DNA of 64,000 nucleotides from Actinomycetota bacterium (GTDB lineage Bacteria; Actinomycetota; UBA4738; HRBIN12). Position 1 is the stretch's first letter. Each line of letters opens with the position of its first letter. A program made the translations under genes and the position numbers. Where the stretch lies: positions 7,862 to 71,861 of the forward strand of contig DATBIS010000116.1 in the NCBI GenBank assembly GCA_036556805.1, written 5' to 3'. Of the stretch, positions 16,787-26,733 are shown piece after piece. The notes below the pieces were generated by a model. That model worked only from the letters and a program-made list of their open reading frames with translations. It had not been told where the DNA came from and searched no databases.

Positions 16787-18178
16787 ATGCTCGATCGCGA
16801 TCTCGTCACCGAGGTGCTGACGGCCGCCCGCCGGCGCGGCGGCGCGTTCGCGGAGCTGTACGTCGAGGAGCGGGCGTCCACGTCCATCCGCCTCGACGAC
16901 GGCAAGATCGAAGAGCTCACCACCGGCCTGGACCGCGGCGCGGGCGTGCGCGTGGGCCTCGGCACGTCGTACGGCTACGCATACTCCAACCGGCTTGACC
17001 GCGAGGCGCTGCTGCGCGCGGCCGAGGCCGCGGCGGCGTCGTTCGCCGGCGAGGCCGCGGCCGTCGTGGACCTGCGCGAGCTGACCCCGGCCGTCGTGCA
17101 TCGCGCGGAGCGGCCCGCGGATCGCGTGCCCGCTTCGGAGAAGGTCGCGTGGCTCCGCGAGGTGGACGAGGCGGCGAGGTCGCTCTCGCCCGAGGTGCGC
17201 CAGGTCACCGGCTCCTACGGCGACTCCCTCCAGCGCGTGTTGATCGCCGCGTCCGATGGGCGGTGGGTGGTGCAGGAGCGGCCGCGCGTCCGGCTGTTCG
17301 CGACGGTGGTCGCGGCGCGCGACGGCATCATCCAGACCGGCGCGCACGGTCCCGGCGGTCTCTCGGGCGCCGAGCTGTTCGACCGGAAGCCGCCGCGCGA
17401 AACCGCCGAGATCGCCGCGCGGCGCGCCGTGACGATGCTCGATTCGATCCCCGCCCCGGCCGGCGAGATGCCGGTGGTGCTCGGTCCCGGCTGCGGGGGC
17501 GTGCTCTTCCACGAGGCGTGCGGCCATCCGCTCGAGGCCGACATCGTCGATCACGAGGCGTCCGTGTACCGCGGGCGCATCGGCGAGACGCTTGCGTCGT
17601 CGCTCCTGAACGGCATCGACGACGCGACGATCCCGAACGGGTGGGGCTCGTTCTCATTCGACGACGAAGGCACGCCGGCCGAGCGCACGGTGCTGTTCGC
17701 CGACGGCGTGCTCCGCGGCTGGATGTACGACCGACTGCGCGCCGAGAAGGACGAGGCGCCGTCGAGCGGCAACGGCAGGCGCCAGTCGTACGCGCACCCG
17801 CCGATCCCGCGGATGACGAACACCAACATCGAGAACGGCACGTCGAAGGCGGAGGAGATCATCGCGTCGACCGACGGAGGCGTGTACGTGACCGCGCTTG
17901 CCGGCGGCCAGGTGAACCCCGCGACCGGGGACTTCGTGTTCGGATGCTCCGAGGCGTTCCTCATCGAGAAGGGCGAGGTGACCACGCCGGTGCGGGGGGC
18001 GAACCTCATCGGTCAGGCGATCCCGGTCATGAGCGCGGTGGACGCGGTCGCCGACGACTTCGACACGTGGGAGGGCACCTGCGGCAAGGACGGGCAGATG
18101 GTGCCGGTGGGAAGCGGCTCGCCGACGCTCCGCATCGCGAGGATCACGGTGGGCGGCACGGGGTCGGCCGATGGCTGA
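16787..18178 (+). CDS. tldD: Metalloprotease TldD
   Basis: 463 aa with conserved HEACGHPLE and GxC motifs of the TldD/PmbA family. Confidence 0.9.
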   Translation: MLDRDLVTEVLTAARRRGGAFAELYVEERASTSIRLDDGKIEELTTGLDRGAGVRVGLGTSYGYAYSNRLDREALLRAAEAAAASFAGEAAAVVDLRELTPAVVHRAERPADRVPASEKVAWLREVDEAARSLSPEVRQVTGSYGDSLQRVLIAASDGRWVVQERPRVRLFATVVAARDGIIQTGAHGPGGLSGAELFDRKPPRETAEIAARRAVTMLDSIPAPAGEMPVVLGPGCGGVLFHEACGHPLEADIVDHEASVYRGRIGETLASSLLNGIDDATIPNGWGSFSFDDEGTPAERTVLFADGVLRGWMYDRLRAEKDEAPSSGNGRRQSYAHPPIPRMTNTNIENGTSKAEEIIASTDGGVYVTALAGGQVNPATGDFVFGCSEAFLIEKGEVTTPVRGANLIGQAIPVMSAVDAVADDFDTWEGTCGKDGQMVPVGSGSPTLRIARITVGGTGSADG

Positions 18179-19511
18179 CCTCCAGGAGCTTTGCGCGGCA
18201 GCGGTTGCCGGGGCCCGTCCCGGGGAGGCGCTGGAGGCGTTCGCCGAGGAGTCCCGGCGCACCGAGGTGAGGGCGCGCAAAGGCGCGGTCGAAGGGCTCA
18301 CGTTCAGCGAGTCGCGAGGGGTCGGCGTGCGCGTGATCGCCGACGGCCGCGTCGGCTTCGCGTGGGCCGCCGATCCGTCGCCGGATGAGGTTGCGACGGC
18401 CGTCGAGCGCGCGCGAGAGAACGCCGGGTTCGGGGAGCCCGACGAGTTCAACGCGCTGCCCGAATCCGCGCCGGCCGAGCCCATCGACGCGCTGTACCGA
18501 TCCGAGCAGGCCGCGATGTCGCTCGACCGCAAGGTCGACCTCGCGCTCGGGCTCGAGCGGCGCGCGACCGGCACGGACCCCCGCGTCACGAAGTGCGACG
18601 ACGTCGTGTACGGCGACGCGGCTTCGCGGATCGCGATCGGCTCGACGCTCGGCATCGAGGCCTCGTACGAGCGCACCGACACGTGGTGCGTCGTGGTGGC
18701 GCTCGCGGTCGAGAACGGTGAGACGCAGACCGGATTCTCCTACCGCATCGGCCGCGAGCTCGGAGAGCTCGATTGGGAGGCCGTGTCCGACGAGGCCGTC
18801 GAACGCGCGACCGCGATGCTCGGCGCCACGAAGCCCTCGTCGGGCAAGGTGCCGGTCGTGCTCGACCCGTTCGCGGGCTCGTCGTTTCTCGGGGTGCTCG
18901 CGGGAGCGCTCTCGGCCGAGGCGGTGCAGAAGGGGCGTTCGCTCTTCGCCGAGCTCGCCGGCGAGAAGGTGGGCTCGGGCGCGTTCACGCTCGTGGACGA
19001 CGGGCGCGAGCTCGCCGGACCCGCCGCGGCGCCGTTCGACGACGAGGGCGTCCCGACGCGCCGCACCGAGCTCGTGACGGCCGGCGTCCTCAACGGCTTC
19101 CTGCACGACACGTACACCGCGCGCCGTGGCGGGACGACCTCGACCGGGAACGCCTCCCGGGGCGGGTACCGCACCTCGCCGGGCGTCGGGACGACGAACT
19201 TCTCGGTGGCACCGGGAACGTCGACGCCGCTCGAGCTGCTCGCGCGCGCAGAGGGCGGTGTGCTCGTGAACGACGTGAGCGGTGTCCACTCCGGGGCGAA
19301 CCCGATCAGCGGGCACTTCTCGGTGGGGGCCACGGGGTGGCGGATCGGCCCGGGCGGCGAGCGGGGGGAACCGCTGCGTGAGATGACGATCGCCTCCACG
19401 ATCCCCGAGATGCTTGCGGGCGTCGTCGCGGTGGGGAACGACCTTCGGTTCTTCTCGTCCGTGGGCGTGCCGACGCTCCTCATCGGCGAGATGACCGTCG
19501 CCGGCGTCTGA
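18171..19511 (+). CDS. pmbA: Metalloprotease PmbA/TldE
   Basis: 446 aa, TldE-type. 8-nt overlap with tldD. Confidence 0.9.
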   Translation: MADLQELCAAAVAGARPGEALEAFAEESRRTEVRARKGAVEGLTFSESRGVGVRVIADGRVGFAWAADPSPDEVATAVERARENAGFGEPDEFNALPESAPAEPIDALYRSEQAAMSLDRKVDLALGLERRATGTDPRVTKCDDVVYGDAASRIAIGSTLGIEASYERTDTWCVVVALAVENGETQTGFSYRIGRELGELDWEAVSDEAVERATAMLGATKPSSGKVPVVLDPFAGSSFLGVLAGALSAEAVQKGRSLFAELAGEKVGSGAFTLVDDGRELAGPAAAPFDDEGVPTRRTELVTAGVLNGFLHDTYTARRGGTTSTGNASRGGYRTSPGVGTTNFSVAPGTSTPLELLARAEGGVLVNDVSGVHSGANPISGHFSVGATGWRIGPGGERGEPLREMTIASTIPEMLAGVVAVGNDLRFFSSVGVPTLLIGEMTVAGV

Positions 19512-19590
19512 CCACCCGCCCGGCCCGTTCACCGTATCGAAAGGTGGCTTCGGGTACCGTCGCGCCACGATCCTGATTCTTGGAGCGTGC

Positions 19591-20145
19591 ATGCGAGGAT
19601 GGCTGAGGGAGCATCGGCGAGCGACCGTCGGGTTCGCGGGCGTCGCGATCGCGCTCGCGGCCTTCGGCGTGCTCTGGTTCGGACCCCAGTACCTCTTCAT
19701 CGATCACACGGTGAGCGAGGCGCTCCCGTCGGTGGCCGAACCGGAGGGCTCCTCCACCGGACCGGGATCCGAGAGCTCTCCCGACCCGCCAGCGGCCGAA
19801 GCGACGGTGGTGGCGCGGGGCGAGCTTCGATCACTGGAACACGAGTCCTCGGGGACGGCCCTCATCATCGAGCTTCCCGATGGCTCGCGGTTCCTGCGGC
19901 TGGAGGACCTCGAGACATCGAACGGTCCCGACCTCCGGGTCATCGTCTCTGACCAGGCCGTGAGCGACGAGTGGCGGATCTGGGACGACGGCAGCTACTT
20001 CGATCTCGGGCCGTTGAAGGGCAACATCGGGAGTTCGAACTACGCGATCCCCAGCGACGTCGAGCTCTCCCGGTTCCGGACCGCGGTGGTGTGGTGTCGC
20101 CGATTCTCGGTCGGGTTCGCGGTCGCGCCGCTCGACGCGGCCTGA
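19591..20145 (+). CDS. DM13-domain protein (secreted or anchored by an N-terminal TM)
   Basis: 184 aa with an N-terminal TM, then a DM13-like domain (GNIGSSNYAIPSDVELSRFRTAVVWCRRFSVGFAVAPL). Confidence 0.75.
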   Translation: MRGWLREHRRATVGFAGVAIALAAFGVLWFGPQYLFIDHTVSEALPSVAEPEGSSTGPGSESSPDPPAAEATVVARGELRSLEHESSGTALIIELPDGSRFLRLEDLETSNGPDLRVIVSDQAVSDEWRIWDDGSYFDLGPLKGNIGSSNYAIPSDVELSRFRTAVVWCRRFSVGFAVAPLDAA

Positions 20146-20215
20146 GATCTCACGCGTGGGCGGTGGTTCGACGGCGAGCCGCGATCACGGCGCGAGCGCG
20201 CCCGCTTCCAGCGTC

Positions 20216-21805
20216 CTAGCCCGCCACGTGCACGGTGATCGTGTGCAGGCCGGTCGCCCCATCGGGGAACGGCGCGTGGTGAACCTCGCTTTGGGTTACG
20301 CCGTTGCGGTCCGTCGCTCGCACGCTCAGCTCGTGGTCGCCCGCCGTCGCGCGCCACCGGTAGACCCACTGGCGCCACGTGTCGATCGTGTCCTGGGCGC
20401 TGAGGTCGGCCTGCGTCCAGTCGCCGTCGTCGATCCTGACTTCCACGCGCTGGATCCCCGTGTGCTGCGCCCAGGCAACTCCGCCGATCGGGACATCGCC
20501 GGCGCGAACCGTGGCGAGCAGACGCGGCGTGTCGATGCGCGACATCGTCTTGATGGGTCCTCGTTGTGCCCACCCACGCTCGATCCAGTACGCGTCGAAC
20601 GCGTTGAACGTGGTGAGCGTCATGTCGGTGATCCACTTCATCGCCGACACGTAGCCGTAGAGGCCCGGCACGATCATGCGCACGGGGAAGCCGTGGTCGA
20701 TCGGGAGGGGCTCGCCGTTCATCGCGACCGCGAGCATCGCGTCCCTGCCGTCCAGGACGACCGCCGTCGGCGTGCCGATCGTGAAGCCGTCGACCGACCG
20801 CGTCACGATCTGATCCGCGCCGGTCTGGACGCCCGCTTCCTCGAGCAAGTCCTTGAGCGGGGCGCCGATCCAGCGCGCGTTGCCCGCGTAGTGGCCGCCG
20901 ACCGGGTTCGAGACGCACGTGAGCGTGACGTCGCGCTCGATGAGCGGGCGCGCGAGGAGCTGGGCGTAGTCGAGCGAGATCTCGCGGTCGACCATCCCGT
21001 GGATGCGCAGACGCCAGTCCTCGGCCATGAGGGATGGCGCCAGCAGCGCCGTGTCCACACGGTAGAAGCTCGCGTTCGGGGTGAAGAACGGGCTCACGCC
21101 GCGAACATCGAGGTCGACGCCGGCGGGCGTGGTCGCCGGGCTCGCGGGGGCGGGGATGCGCACGGCCGCCCGGGACTCGTCGGCGCGGAACCTGCGCGAG
21201 ACCAGGCCGCCGAGGCCGCCCGCGGCGGCGGCCAGCGCGGTGAGCCCGGCCGCCGATAGCAGGAACCGCCGCCGATCCAGGCCGCCCGGCGTCTCCGGCT
21301 CGACGGGGCGGGGACTCTTCTTCGGAGATCGGTTGAGCAGAAGGAGCGCGCCTGCACCCGCCGCTGCGCCCAGGATCACCGGGAGCGCGTCGACCGGCCG
21401 AGCCGCCGGACGCGATATCGCGGCCGCGACGCCGAGAGCGCCGAACGCGGCCAGACCAAAGAGGCCGATCGCGATTCGGCGGGTCGAGGCGATCCCGAGC
21501 ACAACGCAGATCCCCGTGAGCACGATGCCCATCCCCCACAGCAGCGCCGATTTGTCGTTCTCCCCGAACGTGCGGATCGCGAAGCTCTTCAGCCATTCGG
21601 GTGTCGCGTCGATCGCTGTCTGCCCGACGGCCACGAACGGGGTGGCCTCGGGATCGACCAGGCCCGCGACGAGGTGCGCGACGCCGATCGCGACCGCGCC
21701 GGTCACGAGGCCGATCGCGGTCCCTCGGGCGCCCCGGGGCTCGTCGCCGGCGGGCTCGGCCCTCACGGTCGTGGATCCCTTCCGGAGGTCTTCGTGGGTA
21801 GCCAT
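20216..21805 (-). CDS. Molybdopterin-dependent oxidoreductase (sulfite-oxidase fold) fused to an N-terminal membrane domain
   Basis: 529 aa, about 5 N-terminal TM, and a Moco-binding core (TCVSNPVGG...MNGEPLPIDHGFPVRMIVPGLYGYVSAMKW). Confidence 0.85.
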   Translation of the reverse strand: MATHEDLRKGSTTVRAEPAGDEPRGARGTAIGLVTGAVAIGVAHLVAGLVDPEATPFVAVGQTAIDATPEWLKSFAIRTFGENDKSALLWGMGIVLTGICVVLGIASTRRIAIGLFGLAAFGALGVAAAISRPAARPVDALPVILGAAAGAGALLLLNRSPKKSPRPVEPETPGGLDRRRFLLSAAGLTALAAAAGGLGGLVSRRFRADESRAAVRIPAPASPATTPAGVDLDVRGVSPFFTPNASFYRVDTALLAPSLMAEDWRLRIHGMVDREISLDYAQLLARPLIERDVTLTCVSNPVGGHYAGNARWIGAPLKDLLEEAGVQTGADQIVTRSVDGFTIGTPTAVVLDGRDAMLAVAMNGEPLPIDHGFPVRMIVPGLYGYVSAMKWITDMTLTTFNAFDAYWIERGWAQRGPIKTMSRIDTPRLLATVRAGDVPIGGVAWAQHTGIQRVEVRIDDGDWTQADLSAQDTIDTWRQWVYRWRATAGDHELSVRATDRNGVTQSEVHHAPFPDGATGLHTITVHVAG

Positions 21806-21888
21806 CTCGATGATGGTGCGAGATCGATCCTTGCAGAATGCTTACGCGAAGCTCCTTCCAGTTTCGCGCAGGTTCGCCGAAAGCGTCG

Positions 21889-22707
21889 TCAGATCGTGGC
21901 GGAGCGCACGCCGGTCGCGATCACCACGAGGACCACCGCGGCGACCGCCAGCCGGTAGAGCATGAAGAAGCGATAGTCGTGCCGGCGGAGATACGTCAGC
22001 AACCCCCAGATCACGACGAAGCCGCTGACCGCCGACGACACGAACCCCCAGAAGAACTCTGGCCCGTAGCCGCCGAAGCCGCTGCGCGCGACGTCGAGGC
22101 CCTTGAACAGACCCGCGCCCGCGATGATCGGCATCGCGAGCAGGAACGAGAAGCGGGCGGCGGCCTCGCGATCCAGCCCGATCCACCGGCCGACCGTCAT
22201 CGTGATGCCGGAGCGGGACACGCCCGGCTGGAGCGCGAGCGCTTGTGCCACTCCCAAGACGATCCCTCGCTGCGGGGTGACGTCGTCGAAATGCATCGAC
22301 TCCGCCGAGCGACGGTCCACGACGTACAGGACCACGCCGAAGACCGCGAGCATGACGGCGATCAGCCAGGGTTCCCCCAGGTGCTCCTGGATGACGTCTT
22401 CGAACACCGCCCCGGCGAGCGCTCCGGGGATCGTGCCGAGCACGAGCGCCCAGGCGATCCGCTGATCGGCGTTCTCGATCCGGCGGGCCCCGATCGAGTC
22501 GATCCACGCTCGCAGGTAGCGCCACACGTCGCGCCGGAAATACACGAGCGCGCCCACGAGCGTCCCGACGTGCAGCGCCACGTCGAACGTCTTGTTGAGG
22601 TTGGGGTCGTCGAGGATGTGCCAGCCGAACAGCCAGGGCACGAGGATGAGGTGACCGGAGCTCGAGACCGGCGCGAACTCGGTGGCGCCCTGCGTGAGGC
22701 CGAGCAC
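21889..22707 (-). CDS. uppP: Undecaprenyl-diphosphate phosphatase
   Basis: Conserved BacA motifs (EFAPVSSSGHLIL, PGVSRSGITMT). The true start is probably a few codons upstream (LSILQAIVLGL...) at a non-ATG codon. Confidence 0.9.
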   Translation of the reverse strand: MLGLTQGATEFAPVSSSGHLILVPWLFGWHILDDPNLNKTFDVALHVGTLVGALVYFRRDVWRYLRAWIDSIGARRIENADQRIAWALVLGTIPGALAGAVFEDVIQEHLGEPWLIAVMLAVFGVVLYVVDRRSAESMHFDDVTPQRGIVLGVAQALALQPGVSRSGITMTVGRWIGLDREAAARFSFLLAMPIIAGAGLFKGLDVARSGFGGYGPEFFWGFVSSAVSGFVVIWGLLTYLRRHDYRFFMLYRLAVAAVVLVVIATGVRSATI

Positions 22708-22766
22708 GATCGCCTGCAGGATGCTCAGCGACGGTCCTTTCGGGTCGGAGGCCCGCCGATGGTAGC

Positions 22767-23669
22767 GTGCGGCGGTCGAGCGGAGCCGGAAGGAGTCCCG
22801 TGAGCTGGTTCGTGACCCGGACGCTCGGCCCCGGCGTGCATCTCGTCGCCGAGCCGTTCCACGTGAACTCCTTCGTCGTGGAGGGGAACGACGCGCGCGT
22901 GCACCTCGACACGGGCCTCGGCGTCGCGAACATCCGCGAGGCCGGCGACCGGCTGTCGGATCGCGCTCCGAGGGTCGCGAACACCCACCATCACTTCGAC
23001 CACGTCGGCGGCAACGCCCTGTTCGACGAGGTCGAGATCCACGAGCTGGGAGCCGACCTCATCGCGGAGGGCGTCGAGCGCGCCACGCTCGACGGGTATC
23101 TCGGGTGGGCCCGCGGCATGCTCGAGGCGTGGTCGACGTACCGCGCGCTCGACGAGGACTTCTTCGCGCTCACCGACGACGTGAGCACGCTGCAGCCGTG
23201 GCCGGATGGGTTCGACCCCGACGTCTGGTCGATCGCCCCCTCGAAGGCCACCCGCACGCTGGTCGACGGCGACGTCGTCGACCTGGGCGGCCGGCGCCTC
23301 CGCGTCATGCACACGCCGGGGCACACGACCGACTCGGTGTGCTTCCTCGACGAGGCCGACGGGTTCCTCTTCGCGGGCGACACGGTGAACTCGGGACCGA
23401 TCCTCCTCACCGACCCGTCGGCGGACCTGGAGGACTTCGCGCGGTCGACGCGGCGGCTCGCCGACGAGGTCGCCTCGAGCGTGAGGGTGGTGTGCATGGC
23501 GCACGGCGCGCGGTTCTCCGCGGAGCCCGGCTACCTGCGCGAGGTCGCCGAGGGCGCCGAGGCCGCGGTCGAGGGGAGCGTGCCGTTCGTGCTCGAGGAG
23601 AACGCCTACTCCGGGAGCGCGCGCATCGCCCGCTTCGAGCGATTCGCGATCGTGATGCCGCCCGGCTAG
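22767..23669 (+). CDS. MBL-fold metallo-hydrolase
   Basis: HxHxDH motif (THHHFDHVGG) plus downstream His/Asp ligands. The real start may be the GTG at ~22800. Confidence 0.8.
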   Translation: MRRSSGAGRSPVSWFVTRTLGPGVHLVAEPFHVNSFVVEGNDARVHLDTGLGVANIREAGDRLSDRAPRVANTHHHFDHVGGNALFDEVEIHELGADLIAEGVERATLDGYLGWARGMLEAWSTYRALDEDFFALTDDVSTLQPWPDGFDPDVWSIAPSKATRTLVDGDVVDLGGRRLRVMHTPGHTTDSVCFLDEADGFLFAGDTVNSGPILLTDPSADLEDFARSTRRLADEVASSVRVVCMAHGARFSAEPGYLREVAEGAEAAVEGSVPFVLEENAYSGSARIARFERFAIVMPPG

Positions 23670-24331
23670 GCGCTCCCGCTGGGCGCACCCTCGATCACGA
23701 CGGTGATCTCGCCGAACGCCTGCGCGTACGCGAGACGTTCGGCTACGTCGGGCGCGACGAGCAGCACGAGGTGAGGCCCATCGCCCTCGCTCGAACCGTC
23801 GAGGCCGCCGGACGCGGAGGGCTGGAGGAGCAGCAGCACCTCGAGCGCGGTGGCGACGGTCTCGGTATGCGGATGGCCGCCGCCGAACGTGACGAGGACG
23901 TCGACGCGGTCTCCGGCGCGCACGGCGCCGCGCGGCACCGTCGTGTCGATCGCGAACGCGCGAAGCCCCGGTGGTACGAGTGCGGCGATCGGCCCGACGC
24001 GCTCGGACGAGACCCGGGTTCGCGTGACCGGTTCGCCCGACGCGAGGTCGGCGACGGCGATCCGGCCCGCGACGTCTCCGGGAGCGGCGAACGCGCCGGG
24101 CGGCGCGAAGGTCGAAGGCATCGACCGAACCTCGAGCGCGGCTTCGCCGATCGTGGCTCCTCTCGGCACGTCGGCGGTCGCCACGACGACCGGGACGTCG
24201 GGACCCAGTGGGGGGTGCTCGGCCTCGAGCCGTGCCGCGTAGCCCCGGGCGAGCGCGAGGGCAGCGAGCGCGCACACGACCGCGAGCGCGGCGTACACCT
24301 TCGCGACCGTCGGCCACTTCCTGCGGAGCAT
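23666..24331 (-). CDS. Flp-pilus assembly CpaB/RcpC-like protein (SAF domain), orphan
   Basis: 221 aa, N-terminal TM, then a SAF/CpaB-like region (PRGATIGEAALEVRSMP...RAFAIDTTVPRGAVRAGDRVDV). No other tad genes nearby. Confidence 0.7.
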   Translation of the reverse strand: MLRRKWPTVAKVYAALAVVCALAALALARGYAARLEAEHPPLGPDVPVVVATADVPRGATIGEAALEVRSMPSTFAPPGAFAAPGDVAGRIAVADLASGEPVTRTRVSSERVGPIAALVPPGLRAFAIDTTVPRGAVRAGDRVDVLVTFGGGHPHTETVATALEVLLLLQPSASGGLDGSSEGDGPHLVLLVAPDVAERLAYAQAFGEITVVIEGAPSGSA

Positions 24332-24393
24332 CGCGGGGACGCTACGCGACCCGCCGCTGCATCGCAGTGCGTCGCGTCACACGACCCGAGCGA

Positions 24394-24576
24394 TCATTCC
24401 ACGACGCGCGGGCGCTTCCGCTCGGCGAGGGGCATCGAGCGGACGCGGAACTCCTCCAGGGCCTCGCCTCCCACGATCATCCGCACGGACTCGCGGATGC
24501 GCTCGCCGACCTGCGCGACGTCCCCGTGCCAGACGAAGCGCAGTTCCACCTGGACCAGCTGACGGTCTTCGCTCAT
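24394..24576 (-). CDS. Small hypothetical protein (60 aa)
   Basis: Sits between the cpaB-like gene and mtnP. Globular-looking composition, no family recognised. Confidence 0.3.
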   Translation of the reverse strand: MSEDRQLVQVELRFVWHGDVAQVGERIRESVRMIVGGEALEEFRVRSMPLAERKRPRVVE

Positions 24577-24604
24577 CGGTCGATGATACGGGCCGCGGCC
24601 TCCG

Positions 24605-25402
24605 CTACTCGGGCTCGATCCTTGCGCCCGACAGCGCGGTCGGGCACGGGCAGTCGCGCTCCTTCGGCAGCGCGGGGATCACCGCGAAGAGCAGGTCGCG
24701 CAGCTTCTCGTTGTTCTCGGCGAACACGCGGATGACCTCCTCGTGCGTCACCGGCGGCACCCCCTCGACGCCGACGTCGTAGTCGGTGATCAGCGAGATG
24801 TTCGCGTAGCAGAGCTCCAGCTCGCGCGCGAGCAGCGCCTCGGGGTACTGGGTCATGTTGATGACCTCCCACCCCGCCGCCGCGAACCACGTCGACTCGG
24901 CTCGCGTGGAGAAGCGCGGCCCCTCGATCACCACCACCGTGCCACGGTCGTGCATCGGGATGCCCAACCGATGTCCGGCCGAAATCGCCTCGGCGCGCAT
25001 CGTGGGGCAGTACGGGTCGGCGAACGAGATGTGCGTGGTGACGGGACCGTCGTAGAACGTGTTCGGCCGGTCCCGCGTGCGGTCGACGAGCTGATCGCAC
25101 ACGACGAAGTCGCCGGGCTTCACGTCGGGCTGGAGCGATCCGCACGCGTTGGGGCCGAGCACCCGTTCGACGCCGAGCTCCTTCATCGCCCAGAGGTTCG
25201 CGCGGTAGGGGATGCGATGAGGCGGAAACTCGTGCTGCAGGCCGTGCCGGGGGATGAAGGCCACCCTTCGCCCGCCCACGTCGCCGATCACCGGCGGTGC
25301 GCTGGGGCGACCGTACGGCGTGTCGACCTCGACCGTTTCGGTGGCGTCGAGGAAGGCGTAGAAGCCGGAGCCGCCGAAGACGCCGATCTCGGCCGACGTC
25401 AT
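24605..25402 (-). CDS. mtnP: S-methyl-5'-thioadenosine phosphorylase
   Basis: 265 aa, PNP/MTAP-family motifs (GVFGGSGFY, IEGPRFSTRAES). Confidence 0.9.
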   Translation of the reverse strand: MTSAEIGVFGGSGFYAFLDATETVEVDTPYGRPSAPPVIGDVGGRRVAFIPRHGLQHEFPPHRIPYRANLWAMKELGVERVLGPNACGSLQPDVKPGDFVVCDQLVDRTRDRPNTFYDGPVTTHISFADPYCPTMRAEAISAGHRLGIPMHDRGTVVVIEGPRFSTRAESTWFAAAGWEVINMTQYPEALLARELELCYANISLITDYDVGVEGVPPVTHEEVIRVFAENNEKLRDLLFAVIPALPKERDCPCPTALSGARIEPE

Positions 25403-25755
25403 GCGGACGAAGGCTCCTTCTTGGGACTCGACGGCTTCCCCGAGTCGGAGGAGGCCTTCTCGGAGCCCGAAGACGCCGGTGTGTCCGAGGACGTCGATGC
25501 CCCCGCATCGTTCTTCTTCGCGTCGGCCTTCTTCTCGCTCTTCGTGTCGGTCTTCTCCGAAGATTCCGAGGCCTTGCGCTTGCCGTGATCCGTCGCATAG
25601 AACCCCGAGCCCTTGAACGAGATCGCCGGCGCGGCGAACACCTTGCGGAGCTCACCGCCGCACACGTCGCAGATCGTGAGCGGCTCATCGCGCATCGACT
25701 GCACGATCTCGAATCCGTGCCCGCAGTTCCGACACACGTATTCGTACGTGGGCAT
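25399..25755 (-). CDS. FmdB-family zinc-ribbon protein
   Basis: Internal ATG: MPTYEYVCRNCGHGFE...CDVCGG, then a Ser/Lys-rich tail. ATGA overlap with mtnP. Confidence 0.8.
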   Translation of the reverse strand: MPTYEYVCRNCGHGFEIVQSMRDEPLTICDVCGGELRKVFAAPAISFKGSGFYATDHGKRKASESSEKTDTKSEKKADAKKNDAGASTSSDTPASSGSEKASSDSGKPSSPKKEPSSA

Positions 25756-25831
25756 GACGCGGGCAGTATAGGCGGGGCCTCGTGGCGCCCCTGCGCAAGG
25801 CTCACGTAGACTCGCGTCCCGATCCGGAGGG

Positions 25832-26716
25832 GTGACGGTGAAGGTCAAGAAGGCGGTGATTCCTGCTGCGGGCCTCGGCACGCGGTTCCTGCCCGCCACG
25901 AAGGCGCAGCCGAAGGAGATGGTGCCGGTTCTCGACAAGCCGGCGATCCAGTACGTCGTCGAGGAGGCGGTGCGCGCGGGGCTCGACGACATCCTCATCG
26001 TCTCGGGGCGGGGCAAGCGGGCGATCGAGGATCACTTCGACCGGGCGGTCGAGCTCGAGGCGTTCCTCGAGTCCAAGGGCAAGCTCGACGAGCTCGCGGA
26101 CGTCCGGGCGATCTCCGAGCTCGCGACCGTGCACTCCGTGCGACAGAAGGAGCCGCTCGGCCTCGGCCACGCGGTCGCGGTCGCCGAGCCGCACGTCGGG
26201 GACGAGCCGTTCGCGGTGCTCCTGCCCGACGACCTCATCGTGGCGTCGATGCCGCTGCTCGAGGAGATGCTCAAGGTGCACGAGCGGTACGGGCGCAGCG
26301 TCATCGCCGTGCAGGAGGTCGCGCGCGACGAGATCTCGCTGTACGGCGCGATCCAGCCCGAGCCGATGGAGGACGACCTCGTGCGCGTGGTGTCGATCGT
26401 CGAGAAGCCCGATCCCGACGAGGCGCCGTCGAACCTCGCCGCGACCGGCCGGTACGTGTTCACGCCCGAGATCTTCGAGGCGCTGCGCGAGACGAAACCC
26501 GGCCGAGGGGGCGAGATCCAGCTCACCGACGCGATCAACATGCTCGCCCAAGAGCAGGCGGTGTACGCGTACGTCCTCGACCACGGCCGCTACGACGTGG
26601 GGAACAAGCTCGACTACCTCAAGGCGACCGTCGAGCTCGCGATCGAACGCGAGGACCTGGGGCCGGAGTTCCGCCGCTTCCTCGCCGACCTCGTGCAACG
26701 GAAGAAGCTCCTGTAG
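25832..26716 (+). CDS. galU: UTP-glucose-1-phosphate uridylyltransferase
   Basis: KAVIPAAGLGTRFLPATK signature, 294 aa. Confidence 0.9.
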   Translation: MTVKVKKAVIPAAGLGTRFLPATKAQPKEMVPVLDKPAIQYVVEEAVRAGLDDILIVSGRGKRAIEDHFDRAVELEAFLESKGKLDELADVRAISELATVHSVRQKEPLGLGHAVAVAEPHVGDEPFAVLLPDDLIVASMPLLEEMLKVHERYGRSVIAVQEVARDEISLYGAIQPEPMEDDLVRVVSIVEKPDPDEAPSNLAATGRYVFTPEIFEALRETKPGRGGEIQLTDAINMLAQEQAVYAYVLDHGRYDVGNKLDYLKATVELAIEREDLGPEFRRFLADLVQRKKLL

Positions 26717-26733
26717 CCCACTAGACTGCCCCG

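Noticed and set aside
18144-19700. 518-aa minus-strand ORF
   Set aside because: Antisense to pmbA/tldE, which has the unmistakable TldE family sequence.
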